DNA of 64,000 nucleotides from Nitrosopumilus sp. (GCA_963667665.2 OY763927.2:832001-896000), one strand, 5' to 3'. Counted from the stretch's first letter, positions 1 through 10,965 are shown. Numbers and translations are program-made. Notes: generated by a model from the letters alone, not told the origin.

Positions 1-413
1 CTTGCACAAGCCAACATTGCAATTGGTAATTCAGGTACCATTGGCAGATAGATTGTAACTCGGTCTCCTTTTTGAACACCTAATGATTTTAGAACGTTTG
101 AGAATTTTTGGACTTGAATAAATAAATCACCATAAGATATTGTTCTTGATTCACCATTTTCTCCTTCCCATAATATAGCAGGTTTGTCAGCCTTGGTATC
201 CTGATGCACATCAAGGGCGTTAAATGAGGCATTAATTGTGCCTCCAGCAAACCATTTGGCAAAGGGCGGTTGCCAATCAAGAGTCTTTGTCCAAGATGAA
301 AACCAAAAGAGATTCTTGGCTTGCTCATCCCAAAAAGATACAAAATCAGAGTTTGCTTTTTTTCTTATTTCAGAGTCATTATGTCCAAGGCCAATATTGA
401 AGATCTCAGACAT
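1..413 (-). CDS. acs: Acetyl-CoA synthetase (acetate--CoA ligase), N-terminal part; runs off the left edge
   Basis: Manual translation from ATG at 413: [10 protein letters not shown]...[12 protein letters not shown]...[15 protein letters not shown]...AILWEGE...[27 protein letters not shown], the typical ACS N-terminus. Absent from the ORF track because it has no stop in the window. Confidence 0.9.
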   Translation of the reverse strand, partial: MSEIFNIGLGHNDSEIRKKANSDFVSFWDEQAKNLFWFSSWTKTLDWQPPFAKWFAGGTINASFNALDVHQDTKADKPAILWEGENGESRTISYGDLFIQVQKFSNVLKSLGVQKGDRVTIYLPMVPELPIAMLACA

Positions 414-471
414 CAAAAGATGTATGAACGTGGATCTTTCTAAATGTTAAAAAAAAATAAATTAAAAAAAA

Positions 472-1362
472 TTATTGTACTTCCATTCTAGCGAGCCAAT
501 CATTATCGTTATCTTCTTTTGGAGTTTCTGGTGTCACCTGTTGGGGTGGTTTTGGAAATGTTGGTGCCACTTCAGATTCGTGTGGGGGTTCTGGAATAGA
601 TTCTGGTATTGGCAGAGCATCTACTTTAATTGGTTCTGAAGGTGGATCTATTGATTCTGTTGGTGCTTCTGGAAGTATGGACTGAATTACTTGTTGTGAT
701 TCAGGCGTCTCCAGATATGAAACGGCTGATTCTTGGATGTTTGGTTGTGAAGGTGCAGATATTTCTTGCATTTCTAATTCAAGATCTACAATTCTACTCT
801 TTACATTTGCAATTTCTGCTTTTTCGTGAGTAGCACGCTCAATTACCTCATTTGTGCATGATTTCACGGTATCAAATGTCGTACTAGAGATTTCATTGCT
901 CTTGAATTGTACATTTGCATCAAACATTAACATCTTTGCAGACTTCGTTTGTTCTTCTAACTCAGCCAATCTTTCATCAAGTTTAGCTCTGATTTCTCTT
1001 TCTGTTTCATCTAATGTTGCAAGTTTTGATTTGTATTTTTCATGAATGATTTCTGCATCTGCTTTCATATCATCATTTTCTGAAACAATACCAATCAATG
1101 CCTTTAGACGACGTAGAGTTAGTTGTTTTTCACGAATGAGTCTTTGAGAGTCGAGTCTCCATTTTGGAATGAAAATAACAACATCGTTTTGGACTACTAA
1201 TTGTTCATATTGGATTTGCTGTAATCCTTGTGAACCGCAGTCAATACCAATTGATTGGATACTACCATCAATGTCAGTTAATGTTCCTACGACTTTACCC
1301 ATGAATGTTCCGTACATGTCTTTGACGTTCTTACCGATAATTTCGATATCGTCGTTAGCCAT
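472..1362 (-). CDS. cdvA: Cell division protein CdvA-like
   Basis: N-terminal PRC-barrel-like IGKNVKDMYGTFMGKVVG, long coiled coil and Pro/Glu-rich tail, as in thaumarchaeal CdvA. Confidence 0.8.
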   Translation of the reverse strand: MANDDIEIIGKNVKDMYGTFMGKVVGTLTDIDGSIQSIGIDCGSQGLQQIQYEQLVVQNDVVIFIPKWRLDSQRLIREKQLTLRRLKALIGIVSENDDMKADAEIIHEKYKSKLATLDETEREIRAKLDERLAELEEQTKSAKMLMFDANVQFKSNEISSTTFDTVKSCTNEVIERATHEKAEIANVKSRIVDLELEMQEISAPSQPNIQESAVSYLETPESQQVIQSILPEAPTESIDPPSEPIKVDALPIPESIPEPPHESEVAPTFPKPPQQVTPETPKEDNDNDWLARMEVQ

Positions 1363-1495
1363 GTGAGATAGTTATGAGATTTGTATAACCGATAAAGAGT
1401 AAGTAATGTTGTTAGTTTTAGTAAGATTATTTTCACTAACTCAAAATTGGCTGATTTTCAGTAATTTTAAAATCTAGTGGCATAATAACAGTCTC

Positions 1496-1789
1496 ATGAT
1501 TCAACGAGAAGAACTAGAACAAATTCTAAATTTTGTCGCAAGTAGATGGGTAGAACTTACAAAAGATCCCGATAGTAAAAATCTTGAAAGTTTGCCAAAT
1601 GACTTTTGGATGAATTCAGTTGGCGGAAAAACTGCAAAAAATGGATACTGGATTACAGCATTAATGTATACAGAAAATGAAGCTGATGCAGCAGGTTTCA
1701 AAGAAGTGTTGTTAAGATGGCAAGCCAAAGGAAATGATAAAAATAGAGACAAAGGTCCCGATCTAATTCAAATTGGAAAAAAGAAATAG
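1496..1789 (+). CDS. Hypothetical protein
   Basis: 97-aa ORF with ATG filling the gap before thyX. Confidence 0.6.
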   Translation: MIQREELEQILNFVASRWVELTKDPDSKNLESLPNDFWMNSVGGKTAKNGYWITALMYTENEADAAGFKEVLLRWQAKGNDKNRDKGPDLIQIGKKK

Positions 1790-1821
1790 ACTATTAATAA
1801 TTGAAAAACTGCACACAATTA

Positions 1822-3441
1822 TTGTCAGAGTTTTCAATTAAAGAAAAAAAGATTCTATCGGGACACTTTTCAAATACAGATGGCGATGTATTTGCAATAA
1901 TTACTCCTAAGCAAGTTGATCGTGGAGCATTGATGTCAAGATATAGTAGGACAAATAAAAGTATGCGAAGAATTTTTCTTGATGAGTTTTTAAAAAATAA
2001 AAACAGAGGAGAGGAATTTTACAACAGAGTTCTTTTAGAATACGGCGATGATTCTGTTGCAGAATTAGGTGAAGCACAAATTGCAATTGAAGGTCTATCA
2101 AATATTGCAGTAAAAAAGATTGAAGACAGAAGAATCGGATTATCTTATTTAGAAAAATCTTCAAGATATGTTGCATGGAACAAAAAAGAAAAAGGAAAGT
2201 ATAGATTTTACAGAGATTCTGAAATTATGAAATCAAGATTTGCAGATATGTATGAAGATACTTGTAATTTTTCATTTGATGTGTATTCAAAAAATATAGA
2301 ACCAATGATAAACTATGTCAGAGAAAAGTATCCTATAGAAAAATATAGTTTCAAAGATTCAACTGATGGAAAAGAAAAATTATTTTTTAAATTAAAAAAT
2401 GACATAGATGTAAAATCAGCCAACATGATTTACAAAGGTTCGACAAAAGCCAAAGCACTTGACATTCTTAGAGGATTGTTACCTGCATCAACTTTGACAA
2501 ACGTTGGAATCACAGGTAATGGCCGCGCATTTGAATATCTTTTAACAATTTTAGCCTCATCAGAACTAAAAGAAGAGCAAAATTTAGCCTCAAAAATCAA
2601 AAAAGAGTTGGATACAACCATCAAGTCATTTGTTAGACGAGCTGATGACAAATACGGTAAAGCATTTCAAAAGTATCTTAATGATATTAAAAATAAATCA
2701 AAATCAATTACTAAAAAAGAAATTAAACCAAAACCAACTATGGGGGTAATGACAAATCTTGTTGATTATGAATTAGAAAAAACTGCAATAGATAAAATTA
2801 TCACAAGTATATTTTATGAACAATCACCAAGTACATCGTATCAAAATATTTTACAACAAGTAAAAAAGATTTCAAAAGAAAATAAAACTAAAATAATTAA
2901 TGAATTTATAAAACTTCGAACAAATAGACGCCATAGACCATCAAGGGCATTTGAGAATATCTACTACACATTTGATTTATGTAATAACTTTGGAATGTTC
3001 AGAGATTTTCATAGACATAGAGCATTAACTCTAGAAAGACAACTTCTTACAACTGATCATGGGTATAATATTCCAAACGAAATTAAGATTCTTGGAATTG
3101 AAAAAGACTTTAAAGATTCCATGAATAAAACCAAAGAAACATTTGATAAGATTAGAAAAAAATATCCAGAACAAGGACAATATGTTGTAAACTTTGCATA
3201 TAATTATCCATATTTTATGAAATTCAATCTTAGAGAAGCTTGTCATCTAATTGAATTAAGAACAGTTCCACAAGGACATGTAGATTATAGAGAAGTTGCA
3301 CAACAAATGTTCAAACAGATAAACAAAGTACATCCTAATTTGAGTAAAATTATGAAATTTGTTGATTTAAAGAAATATGATTTAGAAAGATTCGAAGCAG
3401 AAAAGAGAACTGAAGAGAAAAGAAAGAAATTAAAGAACTAG
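1822..3441 (+). CDS. thyX: FAD-dependent thymidylate synthase, two-domain form
   Basis: [19 protein letters not shown] and RDFHRHR motifs in two tandem ThyX-like halves; likely start is the in-frame TTG at 1822 (track start 1801). Confidence 0.85.
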   Translation: MSEFSIKEKKILSGHFSNTDGDVFAIITPKQVDRGALMSRYSRTNKSMRRIFLDEFLKNKNRGEEFYNRVLLEYGDDSVAELGEAQIAIEGLSNIAVKKIEDRRIGLSYLEKSSRYVAWNKKEKGKYRFYRDSEIMKSRFADMYEDTCNFSFDVYSKNIEPMINYVREKYPIEKYSFKDSTDGKEKLFFKLKNDIDVKSANMIYKGSTKAKALDILRGLLPASTLTNVGITGNGRAFEYLLTILASSELKEEQNLASKIKKELDTTIKSFVRRADDKYGKAFQKYLNDIKNKSKSITKKEIKPKPTMGVMTNLVDYELEKTAIDKIITSIFYEQSPSTSYQNILQQVKKISKENKTKIINEFIKLRTNRRHRPSRAFENIYYTFDLCNNFGMFRDFHRHRALTLERQLLTTDHGYNIPNEIKILGIEKDFKDSMNKTKETFDKIRKKYPEQGQYVVNFAYNYPYFMKFNLREACHLIELRTVPQGHVDYREVAQQMFKQINKVHPNLSKIMKFVDLKKYDLERFEAEKRTEEKRKKLKN

Positions 3442-3477
3442 AAAAATATTCTAATACCAAAAGACAGTGAATATACT

Positions 3478-3879
3478 ATGACAGAGAAAATTACAAAAAC
3501 ACATGAAGAATGGAAAAAGACACTAACACCTGATCAATATGAGATTTGTATCAATCATGGAACAGAACCACCTTTTTCTGGAAAATACAATGACAGTAAA
3601 TTTGAAGGTGATTACAAGTGTGTATGTTGTGGAGAAGAACTTTTTTCATCAGATACAAAGTTTGATTCAGGTTCAGGTTGGCCAAGTTTTTGGAAACCAA
3701 TCTCCGAAGATAAAATAGAATACATCTCAAATACAGAACATGGAATGGTTCGTACAGAAGTTAACTGTAAAAAATGTGGAGCCCATCTAGGTCATGTATT
3801 TGATGACGGTCCAAAACCTACAAACTCGAGATATTGTATCAATTCTATCTCATTGCATCATGAAAAAGACAATGATTAG
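3478..3879 (+). CDS. msrB: Peptide-methionine (R)-S-oxide reductase
   Basis: GTEPPFSG, CVCC, GSGWPSF, HLGHVFDDGP and RYCINS motifs. Confidence 0.97.
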   Translation: MTEKITKTHEEWKKTLTPDQYEICINHGTEPPFSGKYNDSKFEGDYKCVCCGEELFSSDTKFDSGSGWPSFWKPISEDKIEYISNTEHGMVRTEVNCKKCGAHLGHVFDDGPKPTNSRYCINSISLHHEKDND

Positions 3880-3924
3880 TAATTTGGTTGACGTTATTGT
3901 GAAAAAATTATTTTAGAAATTTGA

Positions 3925-4260
3925 CTATAAAGCGTCTTCGTCTGTTTGTTTATCTTTAATTTTTATAATTTTATCAACATTAAAGGTAAACACAACACCG
4001 TCTCCTTTCTGACCGGTACTTGCAGCATTTTGTATAGTGTTAATAATTTTTTCTTCATCCTTATCTGCACAAAGAATTTCTATTTTTGTTTTAGGAATAA
4101 AATCACTTGTCTTGTTTTTTAATCCTTCATGAGCCCTATGAATTCCTGTAATTTGAACTTGATATGCTGAAAAAGTTGGAATGCCTATTTCAGCTAATTC
4201 ATCTTGAATTTCATGTAAGACGGAATTTCTAACTATAGCCTCAATTTTTCTCATAAACAA
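3925..4260 (-). CDS. P-II family regulatory protein with shortened T-loop
   Basis: MRKIEAIVR...PKTKIEI...TGQKGDGVVF P-II signature. Confidence 0.85.
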   Translation of the reverse strand: MFMRKIEAIVRNSVLHEIQDELAEIGIPTFSAYQVQITGIHRAHEGLKNKTSDFIPKTKIEILCADKDEEKIINTIQNAASTGQKGDGVVFTFNVDKIIKIKDKQTDEDAL

Positions 4261-4391
4261 TGTAATTTTGAGGTATCATAAAACTTTTTCTTACCTTCAT
4301 AAATATCATAAAATTAAAATGCCTATTTTAATTCAAAGTCCAAGTTTACAATAGTTTAAGTAAGACACGATTTCACCCAATTTAGATAGAT

Positions 4392-4823
4392 ATGCCATTT
4401 GATAGAGAAAGAGAAATGTTTGACGCAAAATGTGCTGACTGTGGAAATGATTGTCAGATACCATTCAAACCAAAAGACGACAGACCTGTTTATTGCAGAG
4501 AATGTTTCCAAAATCATAAACCAGCACCAAGAAGTGGTGGTGGCTATGGTGGAAAATCAGGTGGTGGCTATGGTGGAAGATCAGGTGGTGGCTATGGTGG
4601 AAGATCAGGTGGTGGCTATGGTGGAAGATCAGGTGGTGGCTATGGTGGAAGATCAGGTGGTGGCTATGGTGGAAGATCAGGTGGCGATGGTAGAAGAGAT
4701 GACAGACCACGAGAAATGTTTGACGCAAAATGTGCTGACTGTGGAAATGATTGTCAGATACCATTCAAACCAAAAGACGACAGACCTGTTTATTGCAGAG
4801 AATGTTTCCAAAATCACAGATAA
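4392..4823 (+). CDS. CxxC-x17-CxxC zinc-ribbon protein: two domains joined by a Gly-rich linker
   Basis: Two copies of MFDAKCADCG...PFKP...PVYCRECF separated by (GGGYGGRS)6. Confidence 0.9.
   Translation: MPFDREREMFDAKCADCGNDCQIPFKPKDDRPVYCRECFQNHKPAPRSGGGYGGKSGGGYGGRSGGGYGGRSGGGYGGRSGGGYGGRSGGGYGGRSGGDGRRDDRPREMFDAKCADCGNDCQIPFKPKDDRPVYCRECFQNHR
4536..4679 (+). repeat. 24-bp tandem repeat x6 (GGTGGTGGCTATGGTGGAAGATCA)
   Basis: Read directly; encodes GGGYGG(K/R)S. Confidence 0.95.
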
Positions 4824-4928
4824 AATTACTAAATTGTTTTGAGTAAGTATTATACACAATTAATTATATTAAAATCAAAAGTATAATAAAATGAACTGTA
4901 ATTATACATCAAAAAGGAATGAAGTGCT

Positions 4929-5939
4929 TTGAGAATAATACTATGTGGATTTGGGGTTGTTGGTCAAAGTCTAGTTAAATTATTTGATTCAAGATCAGAG
5001 GATCTCTATGCAAAATATGGACTAAAGCCAAGAATAGTAGGAGTTTTCGATAGTAAAGGAAGTGCAGTAGACCAATTAGGATTAGAATTCAGAAAACTTG
5101 TTGAAGTAAAGAAAAAGTTTGGAACAGTAAAAAATTATGCAAATATAAAAAATACAATGTCCGGTACTGAGATTATAAAAAATATCGAGGCAGACGTGTT
5201 AATTGAAACTACTGCAAGTAACTACAAAGATGCAGAACCTGGAATGACACACATTACAACTGCTATGAAAAAAGGTATGCATGTGATTTCTGTAAATAAA
5301 GGACCTCTCGCATTAGCATTTCCATCACTTATGGAACTTGCCACATACAATCAAGTTTTGTTGAAATTTAGTGGAACTGTTGGAGGAGGAACCCCAATTC
5401 TAGACTATGCTAAAAACAGTCTAAGTGGTGAAAGAATAATATCATTTTCAGGAATCCTAAATGGAACCACAAATTACATTTTATCAAATATGACTACAGG
5501 ATTGTCTTTTGATGAATCACTCAAGGATGCTAAAGGTAAGGGGTATGTAGAAGCTGATGAATCTTTAGATTTAGATGGATTAGATGCTGCTGCCAAACTG
5601 GTAATTCTTGCAAATTGGGTAATGGGAATGAAAGTTACAATGCCAGATATTAACTGTACAGGAATACGAAAGGTTACAACAGAGGATATTAAAAAAGCAG
5701 CCAAAAATAATTGTGCTGTAAAACTAATTGCATCATGTAACAAAGAACTTGTTGTAGGTCCAAAAGAAGTATCAAATGAAGATCCGCTTTGTGTTAATGG
5801 AACACTAAATGCAATTGCTTTTACTTCAGAGCATTCAGGTACACAGACAATTATTGGGAAAGGAGCTGGTGGAACGGAAACTGCTAGTTCCATTCTAAGA
5901 GATTTGTTAGACATTAGACAAGAGATTGCAAAAACTTGA
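4929..5939 (+). CDS. hom: Homoserine dehydrogenase
   Basis: GFGVVG NAD-binding motif, NKGP, GTVGGGTP, GILNGTTNYIL and GAGG.ETAS motifs. Confidence 0.95.
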   Translation: MRIILCGFGVVGQSLVKLFDSRSEDLYAKYGLKPRIVGVFDSKGSAVDQLGLEFRKLVEVKKKFGTVKNYANIKNTMSGTEIIKNIEADVLIETTASNYKDAEPGMTHITTAMKKGMHVISVNKGPLALAFPSLMELATYNQVLLKFSGTVGGGTPILDYAKNSLSGERIISFSGILNGTTNYILSNMTTGLSFDESLKDAKGKGYVEADESLDLDGLDAAAKLVILANWVMGMKVTMPDINCTGIRKVTTEDIKKAAKNNCAVKLIASCNKELVVGPKEVSNEDPLCVNGTLNAIAFTSEHSGTQTIIGKGAGGTETASSILRDLLDIRQEIAKT

Positions 5940-6412
5940 AATCCAATCTAATTTCAAAGAGTGAGACATCAGCAGTTCTAAAAACAGTATCAGAGAGTTG
6001 GGGAATCGAATGTCCTAAATTAAAAAATCTCAAAGTTCATCAAATTTCAGATGAGGCACAAATCATCATAGGGAAAGGAATAAAGATTTTAAAAATTCAT
6101 AATGATTATTTACCATTTTTATCCGAAATTGATACTCTGGAAAAATTTCCAAATGTTATGGTGGATATGGGAGCTATCAAATTCATGTGTAAAGGAGCAA
6201 ATGTTATGAGACCAGGAATTAAACAATTTACAGAATTTGAAAAAGACAAGATTGTTTGTATAGTAGAGGAATCTCAACACAAATTTTTAGCAGTTGGAAA
6301 GGCAATGGTTTCTAGTTCAGAGTTGGAAAATATGGAAAAAGGTGAAGTAGTAAAAAATTTGCATTATATTTCAGATAAATTTTGGGAAACTGGAAAAACA
6401 ATTTATGATTAA
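5936..6412 (+). CDS. PUA-domain RNA-binding protein
   Basis: VDMGAIKFMCKGANVMRPGI...LAVGKA...LHYISD. Confidence 0.9.
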   Translation: MKSNLISKSETSAVLKTVSESWGIECPKLKNLKVHQISDEAQIIIGKGIKILKIHNDYLPFLSEIDTLEKFPNVMVDMGAIKFMCKGANVMRPGIKQFTEFEKDKIVCIVEESQHKFLAVGKAMVSSSELENMEKGEVVKNLHYISDKFWETGKTIYD

Positions 6413-6441
6413 AATTATATTTTTGAAATTAAAATCTGAAT

Positions 6442-7038
6442 TTATTTGATATCTTCTGTGAATTCTTCAGTGCCATCTTTAGTGATAACAAGAACATCTA
6501 AACCATCACCACTTGCTGAGTCTCTCAGAGCTGCTGAACGAACTGCACGTTTGGCCAAGTCAATTGCTTCATCTTTTGTCATGTTTGCTTTGAATTGAGG
6601 GTCCAATACACCTAATGCCATTTCAGCACCAGTTCCAACTGCTGCATATTCATCAGGAAGAACAGAACCTAATGGGTCAAGAGTATACATGATTGGTTTG
6701 TCAACTACACCGCCAACAATTACTTGGGTCAATAATGGGAAGTATCTTCGTTCATACATCATATTTGACATCATTTTAGCAACAGTATTTGGAGGTACAT
6801 CTCTTTTAATTTCCATTTTTCTGATTTTTGCAAGAGCTGAAATTTGTAAGGTTAAGATTTGCATATCTGCCACAAGGCCGGCACAAGTTGCACCTACTTT
6901 GGGAGTTATAGAAAATGTTTTCTTGGTTGATTTGCTTACAAGGAAGTTTCCAAATGCGATCCTTTTCTCGCTGGCAAAAACAACACCACCATCAAAAGTA
7001 ATTCCAACAGCAGTTGCTCCTGGCATATACATTGACAT
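6442..7038 (-). CDS. psmB: Proteasome subunit beta
   Basis: GATAVGI, AGLVADMQ, DPLGS, GTGAEMALGVL and RDSASG motifs. Confidence 0.95.
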   Translation of the reverse strand: MSMYMPGATAVGITFDGGVVFASEKRIAFGNFLVSKSTKKTFSITPKVGATCAGLVADMQILTLQISALAKIRKMEIKRDVPPNTVAKMMSNMMYERRYFPLLTQVIVGGVVDKPIMYTLDPLGSVLPDEYAAVGTGAEMALGVLDPQFKANMTKDEAIDLAKRAVRSAALRDSASGDGLDVLVITKDGTEEFTEDIK

Positions 7039-7132
7039 AATTCAAATAATTTTGCAGTATAATAAAGGGCTTTCTACATGTCAAGCATAATTATGAGTAA
7101 AATAATTATACTAGAAATTTCAATTAGTTATA

Positions 7133-7549
7133 TTGACTACAAGTGAGATTAAAGAGAAAATCCTCAACGACATTGTCTTTATGGGTTTAAGATCAGCCAT
7201 AGGCGTAATCTTTATCGTTCATGGAATCAGTAAATTCAATCCAGGATTTGCAGACTTTTTGCCAATGATTGGACTTCCAGTAGAAATGCAAATTCCAATT
7301 GCATTAGCAGAATTAATTCCAGGAATTTTGTTAGTTACAGGAGTTCTCAGTAGATTATCTGCATCATTACTTTGTATCATTATGTTAGGTGCTATTTTCC
7401 ATGTCAAAGGAGCTCAAAGCTTAACAGGTGAAATGGGAGTAGAGCTTGATTTGATTCTTCTTGCATCATCTATAGTAATTATGATTGCAGGACCAGGAAG
7501 AATTTCACTTGCACACATTATTAAAAAAATACCTAGATATCTTCACTAG
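7133..7549 (+). CDS. DoxX family membrane protein
   Basis: GLR..IGVIFIVHGISKF, AELIPG and GPGRISL motifs; four hydrophobic segments. Confidence 0.85.
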   Translation: MTTSEIKEKILNDIVFMGLRSAIGVIFIVHGISKFNPGFADFLPMIGLPVEMQIPIALAELIPGILLVTGVLSRLSASLLCIIMLGAIFHVKGAQSLTGEMGVELDLILLASSIVIMIAGPGRISLAHIIKKIPRYLH

Positions 7550-8907
7550 TTTTTTCCAAAGTTTTCCATAATCAAACAGATACACTTTGTTGTTTTCTTT
7601 AACAAATCAACTCTGGCAAATTCATTTGGAGAATGAATTCTAGAAAACATGTATGTACTTCCTATCGATATACAGGGAGCCTTTAGAATATCAACAAATG
7701 GATACATTGGACCAGTTCCAGCATTTGAAACATTTAGTATAGATTTTCCAAATGATTTGTCTGCTGCTTCTTTTACCTGAGCAACAAATGGTTCGGAAGA
7801 ACTGGTTCTGGCAGCTGCCTCACCATGAAATATTTTGATTTTAACATCACTGAATCCTTTAGATTTGAGATGTCTTTTTAATCTCATTACTTGTTTTTTT
7901 GGATCCATTTTAGGTACCAATCTAAAATCAATTTTGACTAGTGCATCACCTGGAAGAACTGTTTTTGCCCCATTACCAGTATACCCAGAAACAAATCCTG
8001 CAATGTTACACGTAGCGCCACCAACTAAAGCCTTTTTTGCATCCATTCCTTTTTTGCCCCCTACAAAAGATTTGATACCAAATTCCTTTTTGAAAACATT
8101 TTCATCAAATGGTTCTTTTCGAATTAGTTCCAAGTCTTTTTTCGAGAATGGTGTAACTTCTTTGTACCAATCTTTTATGAGAATTTTTCCATTTGAATCT
8201 CGAAGTGTCTTGATGGCATCAATTAATCTCCATGCAGGATTTTTTATCAATACTGCCAAACTTGAATGAGCATCAATAATTGATTCCTTTATGGATAATT
8301 CAACAAACAGTAATCCTTTCATTCCAAGACCAATTATGGGTCTGTTTTTTGCATCAACGTATCCAAATTCCCAAATTACTCCATCGCATGAAAATTTCTT
8401 TTTGTATTTTTTTAAATATTCTTCAATGTGAGCGCTGCCGGTTTCTTCTTCACCTTCAATTACAAATTTTATGTTACAAGGAACATCACCTGTAGTTTTC
8501 AGATATGCCTCAACTGCTTTGATTCTTGTAATTAATTCACCTTTATCATCAGTTGCACCACGCCCAAAGATCTTGTTTCCTTTTCTTGTGCCACTAAATG
8601 GAGGGTAGTCCCACAAATCAAAGGGTTCAGCTGGTTGTACATCATAATGATTGTAAAACATCAGAGTCTTTGTTGGGTTTTGTTTTGACTTTATTTCACC
8701 ATAAACAATAGGGGCTACTCCCTTTTTCAATCGTAAGATTTCAGATTTTAAGCCAGATTTTTTTAATAATTTTTTTACAAGTTTTGCGCATTCCTCAATT
8801 CCTTCATTTTTTGCTGAAACACTTGGTTGTCGTATGAGCATTTGTAGGTCTGAAATGAGGTTATCTAGGTTGGAATCTACGTGTTTTAGTGCATTCATGT
8901 AAATCAC
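7546..8907 (-). CDS. M20 family metallopeptidase/deacylase
   Basis: YNHYDVQP, GRGATDDKG, EGEEETGS and HSPNE motifs. Confidence 0.93.
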   Translation of the reverse strand: MIYMNALKHVDSNLDNLISDLQMLIRQPSVSAKNEGIEECAKLVKKLLKKSGLKSEILRLKKGVAPIVYGEIKSKQNPTKTLMFYNHYDVQPAEPFDLWDYPPFSGTRKGNKIFGRGATDDKGELITRIKAVEAYLKTTGDVPCNIKFVIEGEEETGSAHIEEYLKKYKKKFSCDGVIWEFGYVDAKNRPIIGLGMKGLLFVELSIKESIIDAHSSLAVLIKNPAWRLIDAIKTLRDSNGKILIKDWYKEVTPFSKKDLELIRKEPFDENVFKKEFGIKSFVGGKKGMDAKKALVGGATCNIAGFVSGYTGNGAKTVLPGDALVKIDFRLVPKMDPKKQVMRLKRHLKSKGFSDVKIKIFHGEAAARTSSSEPFVAQVKEAADKSFGKSILNVSNAGTGPMYPFVDILKAPCISIGSTYMFSRIHSPNEFARVDLLKKTTKCICLIMENFGKN

Positions 8908-9767
8908 ACAATCTTATCAAATGGTTTCATCACAGATGGAATCGCATCTAAAAGGTCCATTGATGTCATATGTAATCCTAATTTCTTTTGAACTGCTTTT
9001 CCTGCCAATCCATTGATGAAGGTAGCTGCTGCTGCAGATTCTAAAGTATTACGATTTTTGGATAGCATTCCTGCAACTAACCCTGAAAGAACATCTCCTG
9101 TACCACCAACAGTCATTGCAGGAATTTTTTTCTCATAAAGATATGTGGTTGTACCATTTGAAATAACATCTACTGCACCTTTTAGTAAAACTGTAATTCC
9201 ATGTTTCTTTGCATTTTTTTCTACCAGCTTTATTCGCTCATTTTTTGAGTTAGAAGGTATGTCTCCAAATAACCGCTTAAATTCTCCAGCATGTGGAGTC
9301 ACTACAACATTTTTGTTTGCTAAATGAGGGACAACTTCAGGAATTAATGCACTTGCATCTAATGATAATCTAACATCTCTATCTAAAAGGGATTTAACTA
9401 AAAGTAATAATGCATTTTTATCTTGTATTGCAAGACCCATGCCAATTGTTGCAGAATCTAGATTTCTAGGTAAAGCACCTACAAGTTTGTTTACAGCGCC
9501 ACGAGTTAATTTTTGATCAACTAAAGGAATGACAATAAGATTTGGAGAACTTGCACGTGTTGCTGATACGTTGATTTTTGGAACAGAAGTATAAACTAAA
9601 TCAGTTCCACATCGAAGTGCAGCAAGTGAGGATAAAATAGGAGCACCATGATAGACATAGCTCCCACCAACTACCAATACAATTCCATTATCACCTTTTC
9701 TAGACTTTGATTTTCTTGCAGGAATGAATTTCTTAACAATAGATGTTGAAAGATTTTTTCTCACCAT
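8904..9767 (-). CDS. nnrD: ADP-dependent NAD(P)H-hydrate dehydratase
   Basis: KGDNG.VLVVGGS..Y.GAP, LDASAL, TPHAGEF and GGTGDVLSG motifs. Confidence 0.92.
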   Translation of the reverse strand: MVRKNLSTSIVKKFIPARKSKSRKGDNGIVLVVGGSYVYHGAPILSSLAALRCGTDLVYTSVPKINVSATRASSPNLIVIPLVDQKLTRGAVNKLVGALPRNLDSATIGMGLAIQDKNALLLLVKSLLDRDVRLSLDASALIPEVVPHLANKNVVVTPHAGEFKRLFGDIPSNSKNERIKLVEKNAKKHGITVLLKGAVDVISNGTTTYLYEKKIPAMTVGGTGDVLSGLVAGMLSKNRNTLESAAAATFINGLAGKAVQKKLGLHMTSMDLLDAIPSVMKPFDKIV

Positions 9768-9830
9768 TACAATATACTCTAAAAAATAGAGGAATAAATC
9801 TTGTTTTGGAGTTTGAATAAATAATTGAGG

Positions 9831-10685
9831 CTATTTTTTACTAGTTTTTTTAGTAACTTTTTTTGTGGTTTTTTTGCTGGTTTTTGATTTAGTATTTTTT
9901 CTGGTTCTGCCAAAAAATGCCTTCCTAGCAAAACAGAGATAGGTAGTATGACCAATTCCTTGAAAAGAGTGTCTGGTTTTTCCTTCTCTAGCTTCTATTG
10001 TACGCAAAATATGTTCAGTGGATTCTATATCAGTAAATTCATTTTCAACTAGAGCCATAGTTAATTTTTCTAATTGATTCATTGTAGGGCAAATGGCAAA
10101 AATTGAACCGCTGCCTTTTAGCATCTTGCGCACTTGAGGAATTACTACCCAAGGATCACCCAAATCAATTAACGCCACATCCATATCTTCTAATGGCATC
10201 TTTTTTGCAGTTTTTAGATCCAAATTATGTTGTGTGACATATTTTGAAACTCCTGCTTTTTTGATATTTTTTTCAGCTATCTTCATAAAATTTTCATTAA
10301 CATCAAAAGTATACACATGACCACGAGGTTTTACAATATTAGCTACAAAAGAGGTTAATGAACCACTACCAGTTCCAATTTCTAAAATCTTTTGGCCACT
10401 TCCAATTCCAGCTCTTGCAACAATATATCCAAGATCTTTTGGATAAACAATTTGTGTACCATGTTGAAGTTTCATTACATAATCATACATTGTTGGTTTT
10501 AGAACATAGACATACTTGTCCTTGTTAGTCATTACTCTGGAACCATATTCTTTTCCAATTGCATCAGAATGTTTGATTACTCCAATATGAGTATGAAGGG
10601 ATTCTTTTTTTGAAATTTTCATTAGCCATTTTTTTGAATGATTAAAATAGAATAATACAGGAGAATTTTGCTTTATTTTATCCAT
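9831..10685 (-). CDS. trmI: tRNA (adenine-N1)-methyltransferase (TrmI/GCD14 type)
   Basis: TQIVYPKD, EIGTGSGSLT, DLGDPW and GHTTYL motifs. Confidence 0.92.
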   Translation of the reverse strand: MDKIKQNSPVLFYFNHSKKWLMKISKKESLHTHIGVIKHSDAIGKEYGSRVMTNKDKYVYVLKPTMYDYVMKLQHGTQIVYPKDLGYIVARAGIGSGQKILEIGTGSGSLTSFVANIVKPRGHVYTFDVNENFMKIAEKNIKKAGVSKYVTQHNLDLKTAKKMPLEDMDVALIDLGDPWVVIPQVRKMLKGSGSIFAICPTMNQLEKLTMALVENEFTDIESTEHILRTIEAREGKTRHSFQGIGHTTYLCFARKAFFGRTRKNTKSKTSKKTTKKVTKKTSKK

Positions 10686-10781
10686 GGATTTTCCCTAAAA
10701 ATTTTAGATAAGAATCTACTGTTTTTTCGAAAATTTAGATTCATTCGAGCCTGAAAAATGAAAAGTATTGAACTAAAATCT

Positions 10782-10846
10782 TCCATGAAAAGTTTATCCA
10801 TGAAAAGTTTATCCATGAAAAGTTTATCCATGAAAAGTTTATCCAT
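10782..10846. repeat. 15-bp tandem repeat TCCATGAAAAGTTTA x4.3 in the divergent intergenic region
   Basis: Units at 10782, 10797, 10812 and 10827 plus a partial unit at 10842. Confidence 0.95.
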
Positions 10847-10965
10847 CACAAGAAAATCCAGCTTGTATGGCAATTGGAATTGTTGAAGAAGAAATTATAG
10901 ATTCTAATCACAGAAAAATTCCAGCACAAATAGTATTTTAATACCAATAAGAACATCAATGTAGA

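Noticed and set aside
89-450. Track ORFs 89..343 and 238..450
   Set aside because: They overlap the real acs frame, which the track missed.
3925-4260. P-II with a short T-loop as a novel system
   Set aside because: Non-canonical P-II paralogs are common, and no partner gene is adjacent.
4399-4859. VVAMVEDQ- and His-rich ORFs
   Set aside because: Alternative frames of the 24-bp Gly repeat.
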